Both the position numbers and the translations under genes were made by a program. Shown piece after piece: positions 17,810 to 26,884 of a stretch of 29,575 nucleotides of DNA (position 1 is the first letter of the stretch; the number at the start of each line of letters is the position of its first letter). The stretch spans positions 1 to 29,575 of the forward strand of contig SLBA01000019.1 in the NCBI GenBank assembly GCA_007126575.1. Direction: 5' to 3'. This stretch comes from Gemmatimonadota bacterium (GTDB lineage Bacteria; Gemmatimonadota; Gemmatimonadetes; Longimicrobiales; Gaopeijiaceae). Under the pieces are notes generated by a model. It was given only the letters and a program-made list of their open reading frames with translations. It had not been told where the DNA came from and did not search any database.

Positions 17810-18490
17810 ATGTGGTCCACTTCCCTGACGCCTGCAGGGCGAGTCTGCTGCACCGCGGCCCTCCTCTGGCTGATCGGCGGCTGTTCCCTCGTCACCCGGC
17901 CCGTGCCTCCCCCGTCACCCGGCGCTACGGCACCGCGAGCCGATGCGGGAGCCCCGACCGGGGAGACGCGCCTTCCCGACGACTGGTTCGAAGAGGGCGT
18001 TGCGTCGTGGTACGGAAACCCCTTCCATGGCCGTCAGACCGCCTCGGGCGAGCGCTACGACATGGAGGGGCCCACGGCGGCCCACCAGACCCTCCCCTTC
18101 GGCACCGTGGTCGACATCTACAACCTCGACAACGGACGTCGCACCCGCCTCCGGATCAACGACCGGGGCCCCTTCGTGGGGGGGCGGGTCATCGATGTCT
18201 CCCGCCGCGGAGCCCGTGAACTCGGGATGCTCGGCCCCGGCACGGCCCGTGTGCGCATCGCCATCGTCGAATCGCCGGAGCCCCAGAGCTGCTGGGAGGT
18301 GCAGGCCGGCTCGTTCACGTCGGACGCGAACGCGGCGGAGGCCCGTGCCCGCCTGGAGCGGGCGGGGTTCCGAGCCCGGGTCGTCACCGCGTCCGGCTCG
18401 CTGCACCGGGTGATCCTCGGGCCCTTCGGATCCGCCGACGAGGCGGAGCATGCCGCCGACCGCGCCGATGGCTTCGTCCTGGACTGCTGA
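17810..18490 (+). CDS. rlpA: Septal-ring lytic transglycosylase RlpA family lipoprotein (DPBB domain plus C-terminal SPOR domain)
   Basis: Lipobox LIGGC-S. The DPBB core reads ASWYGNPFHGRQTASGERYD...TAAHQTLPFGTVVDIYNLDNGRRTRLRINDRGPF. The C-terminal SPOR-like region reads WEVQAGSFTSDANAAEARARLERAGF. It is divergent from uvrA. Confidence 0.8.
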   Translation: MWSTSLTPAGRVCCTAALLWLIGGCSLVTRPVPPPSPGATAPRADAGAPTGETRLPDDWFEEGVASWYGNPFHGRQTASGERYDMEGPTAAHQTLPFGTVVDIYNLDNGRRTRLRINDRGPFVGGRVIDVSRRGARELGMLGPGTARVRIAIVESPEPQSCWEVQAGSFTSDANAAEARARLERAGFRARVVTASGSLHRVILGPFGSADEAEHAADRADGFVLDC

Positions 18491-18587
18491 GGCGGTCCCG
18501 AGACGGGATCGGGGCGTGCGGCGATCGTCCCACGGCGCCCGAAGTTTGACGCACCCCCCTCATCAACGGAGATTGCTCAGTGTCACC

Positions 18588-18612
18588 CTGTCCTCGACAC
18601 TGACCGCACCGA
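18588..18612 (+). promoter_or_regulatory. Inverted repeat CAGTGTC-N11-GACACTG, 14-38 nt upstream of the beta-lactamase-family/hybrid-kinase operon start
   Basis: Perfect 7-bp inverted repeat at 18588-18594 and 18606-18612. The position is consistent with an operator overlapping a promoter. No protein is assigned. Confidence 0.3.
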
Positions 18613-18625
18613 ACCCGGGCCCCCG

Positions 18626-20344
18626 ATGTTCACGACGCTCCCCACTCCCGACCCCTCCGCTCCCGGAGCTCCCGGCCGACGGCTGACCGTGCTCCTGGCC
18701 GCACTCTTTCTGCTCGGTGGTGCCGCGGAAACCGCGTCGGCCCAGAACGGGGGCTGGAGCCACCCCTCCATCGACGTCGAGGCCGTCGACGAAATCTTCG
18801 AATCGTGGGATTCCACCCGGTCGCCCGGATGCGCGGTCGCGGTCGCCCGCGAGGGCACCCCGGTCCTGAGTCGGGCCTACGGGATGTCCGATCTGGAGCA
18901 CGGCGTGCCCAACACCCCCGCCACCGTCTTCGAGGCGGGCTCGGTCTCGAAGCAGTTCACGGCCGCGGCGGTGATCCTCCTGGCCCTCGACGGCGAACTC
19001 GATCTCGACGACGACATCCGCGACTACTTCCCCGAGCTCCCCGAGTACGACAGCCCGATCCGGGTCCACCACCTCCTGAACCACACCAGCGGGCTCCGCG
19101 ACTGGGGCAGTGTCGCCGCGATCTCCGGCTGGGGTCGATCGGAACGCACGCACACCCACGACCACGTGCTCGAGATCGCCGCCCACCAGAGCGCACTCAA
19201 CTACCCCCCGGGCGACGCCTATTCTTATACGAACACCGGGTACAACCTCATGGCGGTCCTGGTCGAGCGGGTCACGGGGGACTCCTTCTCGGACTTCTCG
19301 CACGACCGCCTCTTCGCTCCCCTCGGGCTGACCCACACGGAGTGGCGCGACGACTACCAGCGGATCGTGCCCGGCCGCTCCTCGGCCTACTCCCCCGCAG
19401 GCGACGGCTTCAGGATCAACCGTCCGATCGAGGATGTCCACGGAAACGGCGGCCTGCTGACCACCGTCGGCGACCTGCTCACCTGGGACCGCGCGCTCCG
19501 AGACGGTTCCCTGCACGGCCCCGAGTTCACCGAGCTCATGCATCGCCGGGGAGTCCTGAACGACGGCCGCCAGATCGAGTACGCCTCGGCTCTCATCGTG
19601 GGAGAACGTCGCGGGGTCCCCCACATCAGCCACACCGGTGCCACTTCGGGCTATCGCGCCTACCTGGGCCACTATCCCGAACAGGAGCTCTCGGTCGCCC
19701 TGCTCTGCAATGTGACCAACGCCAATCCGGGAGGGCTGGGAGGTCAGGTATCGGACGTCTTCCTGGGAGACCTCCCCGAACCCGAAAGCCCCCGCCCCCC
19801 TGAGGGCGTCGAACTCGCGCCCGCCGACCTCGAGGCCCGTGCCGGCCTCTATCGCCACGAAATCCATGGCGAGGTGCTCCGCCTGACGGTCGAGGACGGC
19901 CGCCTACAGCTCGGGAACACGGCGCTGATCCCCCGCTCGACCACCGAGTTCCAGGCGGGCGGCAGCGACCGCACCCTTCACTTCGACGGCCCCCCGTCGG
20001 ACACCCGCACACCCTTCGCGATCACTGATGCGGGGTACCCCGACGGCCGCTACCTGCCGACCGAATACGCCGAACCGGACGCCGCCGCCCTGCGCGCCTA
20101 CGAGGGCCTCTACCGAAGTGAAGACGCCGAAACCACCCTCGAGATCAGGGAGGCCGATGGGGAACTCGTCGTGCATCGAAGGCCATCGGCCCGCATGACC
20201 CTGAACCCCATTTACCCCGACGCCTTCCAGGGAGCGCTGGGGCTCGTCCGCTTCCACCGCGACGCCGGCGGCGCCATCACCGAACTCAGCCTGCGACAGG
20301 CCCGGGTTCACGACCTTCGCTTCGAGCGGATCGGCGACCGATGA
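18626..20344 (+). CDS. Beta-lactamase-family serine hydrolase (class C/PBP-like fold) with tandem C-terminal DUF3471-like repeats; secreted, possibly Tat
   Basis: Signal peptide with RR (GRRLTVLLAALFLLGGAAETASA). S-x-x-K active-site motif SVSKQF and a Y-x-N-like YSYTNTG. Two ~80-aa C-terminal repeats (GLYRHEIHGEVLRLTVEDGRLQL... and GLYRSEDAETTLEIREADGELVV...). The stop overlaps the next start (ATGA). Confidence 0.7.
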   Translation: MFTTLPTPDPSAPGAPGRRLTVLLAALFLLGGAAETASAQNGGWSHPSIDVEAVDEIFESWDSTRSPGCAVAVAREGTPVLSRAYGMSDLEHGVPNTPATVFEAGSVSKQFTAAAVILLALDGELDLDDDIRDYFPELPEYDSPIRVHHLLNHTSGLRDWGSVAAISGWGRSERTHTHDHVLEIAAHQSALNYPPGDAYSYTNTGYNLMAVLVERVTGDSFSDFSHDRLFAPLGLTHTEWRDDYQRIVPGRSSAYSPAGDGFRINRPIEDVHGNGGLLTTVGDLLTWDRALRDGSLHGPEFTELMHRRGVLNDGRQIEYASALIVGERRGVPHISHTGATSGYRAYLGHYPEQELSVALLCNVTNANPGGLGGQVSDVFLGDLPEPESPRPPEGVELAPADLEARAGLYRHEIHGEVLRLTVEDGRLQLGNTALIPRSTTEFQAGGSDRTLHFDGPPSDTRTPFAITDAGYPDGRYLPTEYAEPDAAALRAYEGLYRSEDAETTLEIREADGELVVHRRPSARMTLNPIYPDAFQGALGLVRFHRDAGGAITELSLRQARVHDLRFERIGDR

Positions 20345-21906
20345 AGCCCCAGCACCCCCTCGCATCCGACCCCGACGCCCCCCTTCGTGGAGCGCTGCAC
20401 TGCATGAGCGATGGGACCCTCGTGGACGGCGACGACGACCTGGCCCGCATGCTCGGCTACGAGGGCTGGGACGAGCTCACGCAACGGGCCGCGAATCTGA
20501 GGGACCTCCTCGCCGACCCCCTCGACCGCCAGCAGCTCAGCGAGGGGGTGCACCGCGTGCTGGCCGGAGACGAGACGCGCTGGGTGCGAAAGAACGGAAC
20601 CTCGGCCTGGTTTCTCTCGGCCGTGAAGCTGCTCGAATGGAGCGCGACCGGCGAGGATCTGCTCGAGGTCTCGGTCGAAGACGTCACCGAGCGCCAGGAC
20701 ATGGAGGACCAGCTCCGACAGGGTCAGAAGATGGAGCTGCTGGGCCAGTTGACCGGGGGTGTGATCCACGACTTCAACAACATCCTGGCCACGATCCTGA
20801 CGCACTCCGAGCTCCTGAAGCAGGCGGTCGTCGACGGGCGGACCGACGAGGCCCTGAGCGACATCCAGCAGCTGCGAAGGGCCGCCGAACGTGGCTCCTC
20901 GATGATCCGGCATCTCCTCGTCTTCAGCCGACCCGAGGACCTGGAGCGCCATCCGATCTCGCTGAACGATGTCGTGCGCGACACCGTTCGACTCCTGCGC
21001 CGACTGCTTCCCCAGACGATCGAGATCGAACTCGAAGAAGACGACGACCTCTACGCGGTGGCGGATCCCGGAGCCATGGAGCAGATCCTGATGAACCTGG
21101 CCACGAACGCCCGCGATGCCATGCCCCGGGGGGGCCGGCTCACCGTCGAGCTTCGCCGCACGACCCTGGATCGTCGGCACCTCAACCAGCACGGATGGGG
21201 TCAGCCGGGGGAGTACGTCTCGATCGTGGTGACCGACACCGGAACGGGGATGGCCCCCGAGGTCATGGCCCGGGTTTTCGAGCCCTTCTTCACCACCAAG
21301 GAGCGAGGCCGGGGAACCGGGCTCGGCCTTCCGATGGTGTACGGGCTCATGAAGCAGCACCGCGGGTTCGTCGAGCTCACTCCCGCCGAGGGGGGGGGCA
21401 CCCAGGTCTGCCTCTACCTCCGGCCCGCTCCCGAACGACCGGCCGACGGTGCATCGACCCGGAGAGATCCCGCCGCCGAGCCCGAACCGGGCATCGCGCC
21501 CAGTCGGCAGCCGTCGGATGACACCCCGACGTCGGCCTCCGCATCCCACCAGATCCTCCTCGTGGAGGACGACGAGGCGCTGCGAACGGTCATGGCCCGC
21601 AGCCTCCGTCGGGCGGGGCACGAGGTGTTCACGGCGAACGACGGACACCAGGCACTCGACCTGCTCGACGCCGGCAAACGCCCGGGGCTCATCATCGCCG
21701 ACGTCATCATGCCGGGGATGGGAGGAGTGGAACTCCAGAAGATTCTCTCGAGTTCAGGGACCGCGCCCCCGATCCTTCTGACGAGCGGGCTCGACGCGTC
21801 GCGTGCCTTTCAGGGTGGGCCGCTGCCGGAAGGGGTGCCCTTCCTGCAGAAGCCCTGGACGATCGACGAGCTCCTGGCCCGGGTCGAGAGCACCCTCGAA
21901 GGCTGA
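20341..21906 (+). CDS. Cytoplasmic hybrid sensor histidine kinase: PAS - HisKA - HATPase_c - receiver
   Basis: N-terminal PAS-like region. H-box GGVIHDFNNILATI. N, G1 and G2 boxes (NLATNARDAM, VTDTGTGM, GTGLGLPMV). C-terminal receiver (ILLVEDDEALR...DVIMPGMGG...QKPW). No TM segments. Confidence 0.85.
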   Translation: MKPQHPLASDPDAPLRGALHCMSDGTLVDGDDDLARMLGYEGWDELTQRAANLRDLLADPLDRQQLSEGVHRVLAGDETRWVRKNGTSAWFLSAVKLLEWSATGEDLLEVSVEDVTERQDMEDQLRQGQKMELLGQLTGGVIHDFNNILATILTHSELLKQAVVDGRTDEALSDIQQLRRAAERGSSMIRHLLVFSRPEDLERHPISLNDVVRDTVRLLRRLLPQTIEIELEEDDDLYAVADPGAMEQILMNLATNARDAMPRGGRLTVELRRTTLDRRHLNQHGWGQPGEYVSIVVTDTGTGMAPEVMARVFEPFFTTKERGRGTGLGLPMVYGLMKQHRGFVELTPAEGGGTQVCLYLRPAPERPADGASTRRDPAAEPEPGIAPSRQPSDDTPTSASASHQILLVEDDEALRTVMARSLRRAGHEVFTANDGHQALDLLDAGKRPGLIIADVIMPGMGGVELQKILSSSGTAPPILLTSGLDASRAFQGGPLPEGVPFLQKPWTIDELLARVESTLEG

Positions 21907-21929
21907 TCCGCCCGACCCGGGCCCCACGC

Positions 21930-23411
21930 TCACTCGTGATTCCCCCGGCGGTCGGTGCCCTGCGTCAGGGATTCGGCGGCCTTCGTGGGCCGTGCCTCGC
22001 CCGCCGATTCACGTGACCGCCGACCGACGCCGGCCAGCAGGTCCTCGAGTGACAGCCCGGTGTACCCGGTGACCTGCTCCATCAGACCCGCCGCCGCCCG
22101 AAGCCTCTGATTGGTGGCGTTCCCGACCGCGGTCCCATCGCCCTGGTCCATCACGAAGAGCCGCTCGATCGCGATGTCCTTGGTCGCGTCTACCGAGGTG
22201 CGCAGCAGCTCCGGGAGCTTTTCGAGCACCAGAACGGTGACCGCGTCGTCCCCACCCTCGCGGATCCGCTTCGCGAGCAGCTCCAGGACCTCGGCCTCGG
22301 CTCGTCCGCGGGCGAGGATCGGGGCGGCCTCGGCCTTCGCACGCTCCTCGGCGGCCTCGCGCTCGGCCCGAGCGGGGCGGATCACGTCGGCGTCGAGTCG
22401 GGCCTGCTCCGTCTCGGCCCGCTGGGTCTCGGTGTCGAGCCGGGCCCGCTGCTCGGCGAGCTGGGCCCGCTCCTCGGCCATCCGCTCCCGACTCATCGCC
22501 TCCTCGTCGAACTCCGCCTGCTTGACCCGAAGCTGGTTCTGCTCGGCGGCGATCGCCAGGTCGGCCTGTGCGCGGGCCACATCGGCCCGGCGGCGGGAGT
22601 CGGCTTCGCGCTCCTTGGCCTCGGCATCGGCCTCCGCCTCGGCGACACGGGCCCGACGCATGGCCTCGGCCTCGCGCTCCTTGGCCTCGGCGTCGGCGTC
22701 CGCCTGGGCCACCCGCGCCTGACGATCGGCGTCGGCCGAGCGCTCGGCGGTCTCCGCCCGGGCCATCGCCTCGGCGATCTCGGCGTCCCGGACCACCTCG
22801 GCGGTCTTCCTGCGCCCCACCGAGGCCAGGTAGTCGACGTCGTCGGACACGTTCTGGATCCGGATCGTGTCGATCGTCAGCCCCAGGGTGAACATGTCGT
22901 CGTGGGCCTCCTTCTGGAGCTCCTCGGCAAACTTGATCCGGTTCTCGTTGACGTCCTCGGGGGTCATCGTGGCCAGCACCCCGCGCAGGTTGGCGGCCAG
23001 GGTCTCCTTCGCCTGCTGCTCGACCGCCTCGCGGTTGAAGGGCAGGTGGCGCTCGATGGCGTTGTCGAAGGCCTGCGGTGGATCCCACGCGATCTTGATG
23101 TTCGCGACCGCCTGCACGGCCAGGGGGATGTTGCCCTTGGAGTAGGCGTTCTGGACCGTCACCTCGAGAGGGATCGTCGACAGGCTGATCCGGTCCACCT
23201 TCTCGATGATCGGGATCCGAAGGGCCCGGCCGCCCCTGAGCGTCCGGTAGCTCCTGCGGTCCTCGCCGGAACCGGTGCGACGACCCGTGATGATGGCCGC
23301 CTGGTTGGGGGGAACGATGACGATGAGGCTCTTCACCGTCACGACGGCCGCGACGATGATTCCCACCGCCACGAAGCCGAGTACTATCGCGATTTCAGCC
23401 ATTCTGACCAT
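21930..23411 (-). CDS. SPFH/Band-7 family protein, flotillin-like (YqiK/FloA type) with a long Ala/Glu/Arg coiled-coil C-terminal region
   Basis: N-terminal TM (IAIVLGFVAVGIIVAAVV) then the SPFH domain (VPPNQAAIITG...RALRIPIIEKVDRISL...). The Ala/Glu/Arg-rich coiled coil that follows is internally repeated. The start MVRMAEIA at 23411 leaves a 61-nt gap to nfeD. The track ORF start at 23567 would overlap nfeD. Confidence 0.8.
   Translation of the reverse strand: MVRMAEIAIVLGFVAVGIIVAAVVTVKSLIVIVPPNQAAIITGRRTGSGEDRRSYRTLRGGRALRIPIIEKVDRISLSTIPLEVTVQNAYSKGNIPLAVQAVANIKIAWDPPQAFDNAIERHLPFNREAVEQQAKETLAANLRGVLATMTPEDVNENRIKFAEELQKEAHDDMFTLGLTIDTIRIQNVSDDVDYLASVGRRKTAEVVRDAEIAEAMARAETAERSADADRQARVAQADADAEAKEREAEAMRRARVAEAEADAEAKEREADSRRRADVARAQADLAIAAEQNQLRVKQAEFDEEAMSRERMAEERAQLAEQRARLDTETQRAETEQARLDADVIRPARAEREAAEERAKAEAAPILARGRAEAEVLELLAKRIREGGDDAVTVLVLEKLPELLRTSVDATKDIAIERLFVMDQGDGTAVGNATNQRLRAAAGLMEQVTGYTGLSLEDLLAGVGRRSRESAGEARPTKAAESLTQGTDRRGNHE
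22605..22736. repeat. Two tandem ~66-bp near-identical units inside the flotillin coiled-coil coding region
   Basis: Unit 1 (~22605-22670) starts TTCGCGCTCCTTGGCCTCGGCATCGGCCTCCGCCTCGGCGACACGGGCCCGACGCATGGCCTCGGCC. Unit 2 (22671-22736) starts TCGCGCTCCTTGGCCTCGGCGTCGGCGTCCGCCTGGGCCACCCGCGCCTGACGATCGGCGTCGGCC. Together they encode the repeated A-E-A-D-A-E-A-K-E-R-E-A peptide. Confidence 0.4.
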
Positions 23412-23472
23412 CCGGGATTGGAAATGGACGCTGTCCGGCATCGGGATCGAGTCCCGCTCCGGGATCCGGCTC

Positions 23473-24078
23473 CTACGAGTCCGACGATACCGGCGGAGAC
23501 CCCTCTCCGTCGGCCAGGAACGCTTCGACCGGCTGCACCAGGAGAATGCCCTGGCGGTCGTCCACATCGACCACCAGAACGCGCCTCCACTCCGAGGGAT
23601 CGGAGTCCGTCTGTCCGAGGGCGCGGGCTCGCATCGTCAGGCTTCGCCCCCGGTGTTCGATCTGAACGCTTCCGGGCGTCTCCCCCCGGATGGGCACGCG
23701 AACCTGGCCGACCGCCCCGATGTAGCTGTCGGACGGTGTGGCGAACCCGCCTTCAGAGCCGCGCAGCCAGCCAAATAGAAGCACGATCATCGTCGCGGCG
23801 AGCACGCCCATTCCGACGGCCAGCCCGAAGGTGAGCGCAGCTCCGGTTTCGATGAGGGTGAGCAGGAGACCGGTGATGCCGAAGCCGGCCAGGAAGTAGG
23901 CGGCCGAGCGCATGGAGAAGGCCTTCTTCCAGGAGCTGTCTACGCCGTCTCCCGCCAGGTCGAGCTCGCCGTCGAGCTGAAGCCCCTCGAACTCGTCGGG
24001 CCCGCCCTCTCCCCCCAGCATCCCCAGCGCCAGAAGGGATCCCCCCACGATCGCGGCAAAGATGTAGACAGGGAGCAT
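23473..24078 (-). CDS. NfeD-like membrane protein (partner of SPFH/flotillin proteins)
   Basis: Three or four TM helices, then a C-terminal OB-fold-like segment (YIGAVGQVRVPIRGETPGSVQIEHRGRSLTMRARA). Sits immediately upstream of the flotillin gene, which is the conserved pairing. GAGAGGA RBS before ATG 24078. Confidence 0.7.
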   Translation of the reverse strand: MLPVYIFAAIVGGSLLALGMLGGEGGPDEFEGLQLDGELDLAGDGVDSSWKKAFSMRSAAYFLAGFGITGLLLTLIETGAALTFGLAVGMGVLAATMIVLLFGWLRGSEGGFATPSDSYIGAVGQVRVPIRGETPGSVQIEHRGRSLTMRARALGQTDSDPSEWRRVLVVDVDDRQGILLVQPVEAFLADGEGSPPVSSDS

Positions 24079-24210
24079 TCCGTCCTCTCGGGTCGTTGTG
24101 CCCCGACTCAGGGCACCAGGGTTTCTCACCAGCCCACACCGACTTTACGCGATGCGGAGCGCGATTCTTCAGCCGCTTCGGACCCCACGGGCGCACGACG
24201 CCCGGATCGG

Positions 24211-26628
24211 TCATTCCCCGTCCAGCATCTCGCCCAGCAGTCGTTTCGCCAACTCCGGGTCGGCGCGACCGCCCGACTCCCGCATGACCGCGCCCATGAA
24301 AAAGCCCATCAGTCCGGTCTTTCCCTTCCGATAGGCGGCCACCTTGTCGGGGTGGGCTCCGACGGCCGCCTCGACGATCGGGCGCAGTGTGCCGGCGTCG
24401 CTCACCTGTGCGAGATCGAGTTCCTCGACGATCGCCGCCGGGCTTCCACCCCGCTCGGCCAGCCGCTCCAGCACCTCGCCCCCACCCCGGCTCGAGATCG
24501 CCCCGCTCTCGACGAGCGCCACGAGTTCGGCGAGGTCGCCCGGGCCGAAGGGAAGCTGGTCGATCCTTCGACTTCCCTGCACCGGGGGAAGGTCGTTGAT
24601 GATCCAGTTGGCCAGGGCGAGGCGACTCGCGCCCCCCTCCTCCCCCTCGGCCAGACCGGCCGCCTCGCGAAAGAAGGTGACCACATCGACGTCTCGGGCC
24701 AGGATCTCGGCATCGATGTCGTCGAGCCCGAAGTCCCCGACCAGCGCGTCGGCGCGGGCCTGCACATCGGGCGGTACGGGGGGACGCTCCCCCGCGCTCG
24801 AGGGTGCCCCGTCCTCCCCTCCGGCGGAACTCCCGGTGGCCTCCTCCCCACCCGGGCCGGAGTCGGACCCACTCCCCGACGCGATCGAAAGCCTCGCCCC
24901 CACCCTGGCCCACGAATCCCTCAGCGTCACGATCCGGTTGAAGGTGAGGGCGCTGTCGCTCACCTCCTCCCCCCCGGGGTCCCGCCAGAAGTATCCCACC
25001 CTCTCGAACTGATAGCGCAGCTCCGTCGGATCCTGGAGCACCGAGGGCTCGACCCGTGCCCCGGTCACCACCTCGAGCGACTCCGGATTCAGGAAGTCCC
25101 GGAGATCGGCATCGCCCCCCCGCGCCGCCGCGGCGGCATCGGGGTCCGGCACGGTGAAGAGCCGATCGTAGAGCCGCACCGTGCACGCGACCGCGTGCGG
25201 CGCCGAGACCCAGTGGATCGTCCCCTTCACCTTGCGACCGTCGGGAGTATCGCCCCCGCGGGTCTCGGGATCGTAGCTGCAGCGAAGCTCCACGACCCGC
25301 CCGGCTTCGTCCTTGACCACCTCGTCGCAGCGGATCACGTAGCCGTAGCGAAGGCGGACTTCCTCGCCGGGAACCAGTCGACGGAAGCCCTTCGGGGGGT
25401 CCTCCTCGAAATCGGCCTCGTCGATGAGAAGCTCGCCCGAGAAGGGGATCCGCCGGGAGCCCTCGAGGCCCACGTCACGCGGAAAATAGGGCGCCTCGAG
25501 CCAGTCCACCTCGGGCTCCCCGGACTCGGCGTCGGCCGGCCAGTTCGTGAGCGTGACCCGAAGCGGCCGGAGCACGCAGAGCACCCGCGGGGCCTTTCGG
25601 TTCAGGTCGTCGCGGATCGCGTATTCGAGCTTGCCCATGTCCACCCGCGAGTCGGCCCTGGCGACCCCGATCATCTCGCAGAAGGTCCGGATCGCCGAAG
25701 GGGTGAACCCCCGGCGGCGCAGCCCGGCGATGGTCGGCATCCGGGGGTCGTCCCAGCCGTCGACCACCCCCTCCCTGACCAGCCTCAGCAGCTTGCGCTT
25801 GCTCATGACCGTGTAGTCGAGGTTCAGCCGGGCGAATTCGTACTGACGTGGCCGGGCTTCGAGGGTGACGTTCTCGACCAGCCAGTCGTAGATCTCTCGA
25901 TTGTTCTCGAACTCGAGGGTGCACAGCGAGTGCGTGATGTGCTCGATCGCGTCCTCGAGACAGTGGGCGAAGTCGTAGAGCGGGTAGATGCACCACTCGT
26001 CCCCGGTCCGGTAGTGCTCGATTTGGCGAATGCGGTACAGAAGGGGGTCCCGCATGATCATGTTCGGAGAGGCCATGTCGATCTTCGCCCTCAGCACATG
26101 CGTCCCGTCGTCGAACTCGCCGGCGCGCATCCGGCTGAAGAGGTCGAGGTTCTCGGCCACGGTCCGATCTCGGTACGGACTCGGGGTGCCCGGCACCGTC
26201 ACCGTGCCCCGATTCTCGCGAATCGCCTCTTCGGACTGCGAGTCCACGTACGCCAGTCCCTTTTCGATCAGCTCGACCGCGAACCCATGCAGCCGCTCGA
26301 AGTAGTCCGAGGCGAAGTACAGGTGCTCGCCCCAGTCGTAGCCCAGCCACCGGACATCCTCCTGGATCGCCTCGACGTAGAGGGGATCCTCGGTCGACGG
26401 GTTCGTGTCGTCGAAGCGCAGGTGACATCGGCCCGCTTCGTGCTCGGACGCGATGCCGAAGTTCAGTACGATCGACTTGGCGTGCCCGATGTGGAGGAAG
26501 CCGTTCGGCTCGGGCGGAAAGCGGGTCACGACCGTGTCGTGGCGCCCGGACTCGAGATCGCGATCGATGATCTGGCGAATGAAGTCGGTGCCGGGGCGCG
26601 AAGTATCGTCACGGGCGGATCCGGACAT
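24211..26628 (-). CDS. glnS: Glutaminyl-tRNA synthetase with a C-terminal YqeY/GatB-like appended domain
   Basis: Class I signatures: HIGH as PEPNGFLHIGHAKS, KMSKS as VMSKRK. GlnRS-type anticodon-binding beta-barrels. A Gly/Ser-rich linker (SGSGSDSGPGGEEATGSSAGGEDG) is followed by a ~175-aa helical domain ending ...GKTGLMGFFMGAVMRESGGRADPELAKRLLGEML, which is typical of YqeY / the GatB C-terminal domain. The start MSGSARDD at 26628 is chosen over the ORF start 26859. Confidence 0.9.
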   Translation of the reverse strand: MSGSARDDTSRPGTDFIRQIIDRDLESGRHDTVVTRFPPEPNGFLHIGHAKSIVLNFGIASEHEAGRCHLRFDDTNPSTEDPLYVEAIQEDVRWLGYDWGEHLYFASDYFERLHGFAVELIEKGLAYVDSQSEEAIRENRGTVTVPGTPSPYRDRTVAENLDLFSRMRAGEFDDGTHVLRAKIDMASPNMIMRDPLLYRIRQIEHYRTGDEWCIYPLYDFAHCLEDAIEHITHSLCTLEFENNREIYDWLVENVTLEARPRQYEFARLNLDYTVMSKRKLLRLVREGVVDGWDDPRMPTIAGLRRRGFTPSAIRTFCEMIGVARADSRVDMGKLEYAIRDDLNRKAPRVLCVLRPLRVTLTNWPADAESGEPEVDWLEAPYFPRDVGLEGSRRIPFSGELLIDEADFEEDPPKGFRRLVPGEEVRLRYGYVIRCDEVVKDEAGRVVELRCSYDPETRGGDTPDGRKVKGTIHWVSAPHAVACTVRLYDRLFTVPDPDAAAAARGGDADLRDFLNPESLEVVTGARVEPSVLQDPTELRYQFERVGYFWRDPGGEEVSDSALTFNRIVTLRDSWARVGARLSIASGSGSDSGPGGEEATGSSAGGEDGAPSSAGERPPVPPDVQARADALVGDFGLDDIDAEILARDVDVVTFFREAAGLAEGEEGGASRLALANWIINDLPPVQGSRRIDQLPFGPGDLAELVALVESGAISSRGGGEVLERLAERGGSPAAIVEELDLAQVSDAGTLRPIVEAAVGAHPDKVAAYRKGKTGLMGFFMGAVMRESGGRADPELAKRLLGEMLDGE

Positions 26629-26884
26629 GGAGGTCTCGCTGGAGCTGATATGGAGAGGGGTTCGTCGTCCACCGTTCCGGGCACATTCTCCCGGTCGGTC
26701 CTCCAAACGTACAGCCCGGTCGGGACAGCCGGAAGGCGGTCCTGAACCCCACCCGGTCCCGGGGGTAGCGAAAGTCTCGGTTTTCCGGCGGGATACCCGG
26801 GCACCGCTCTGGAACGGGCTGCACGGAGCGCACCGTGCGATCGCCGTATTCGCTATCACCGTTCACGCAGGAAAGTGGGGTACC

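Noticed and set aside
14587-18219. 1210-aa ORF on the + strand (and 14579-15034)
   Set aside because: Antisense shadow of uvrA with low-complexity composition. It is contradicted by the clear UvrA motifs on the - strand.
21930-24078. Flotillin(SPFH) + NfeD operon considered as a candidate novel system
   Set aside because: This is a well-known conserved gene pair (SPFH protein with its NfeD partner). Only the internal repeat is noted separately.
24352-26745. 797-aa ORF on the + strand (plus 24344-25012 and 25475-26428 on the - strand)
   Set aside because: Antisense or alternative-frame shadows of glnS. No domain signatures. Composition is dominated by R/P/G/A.
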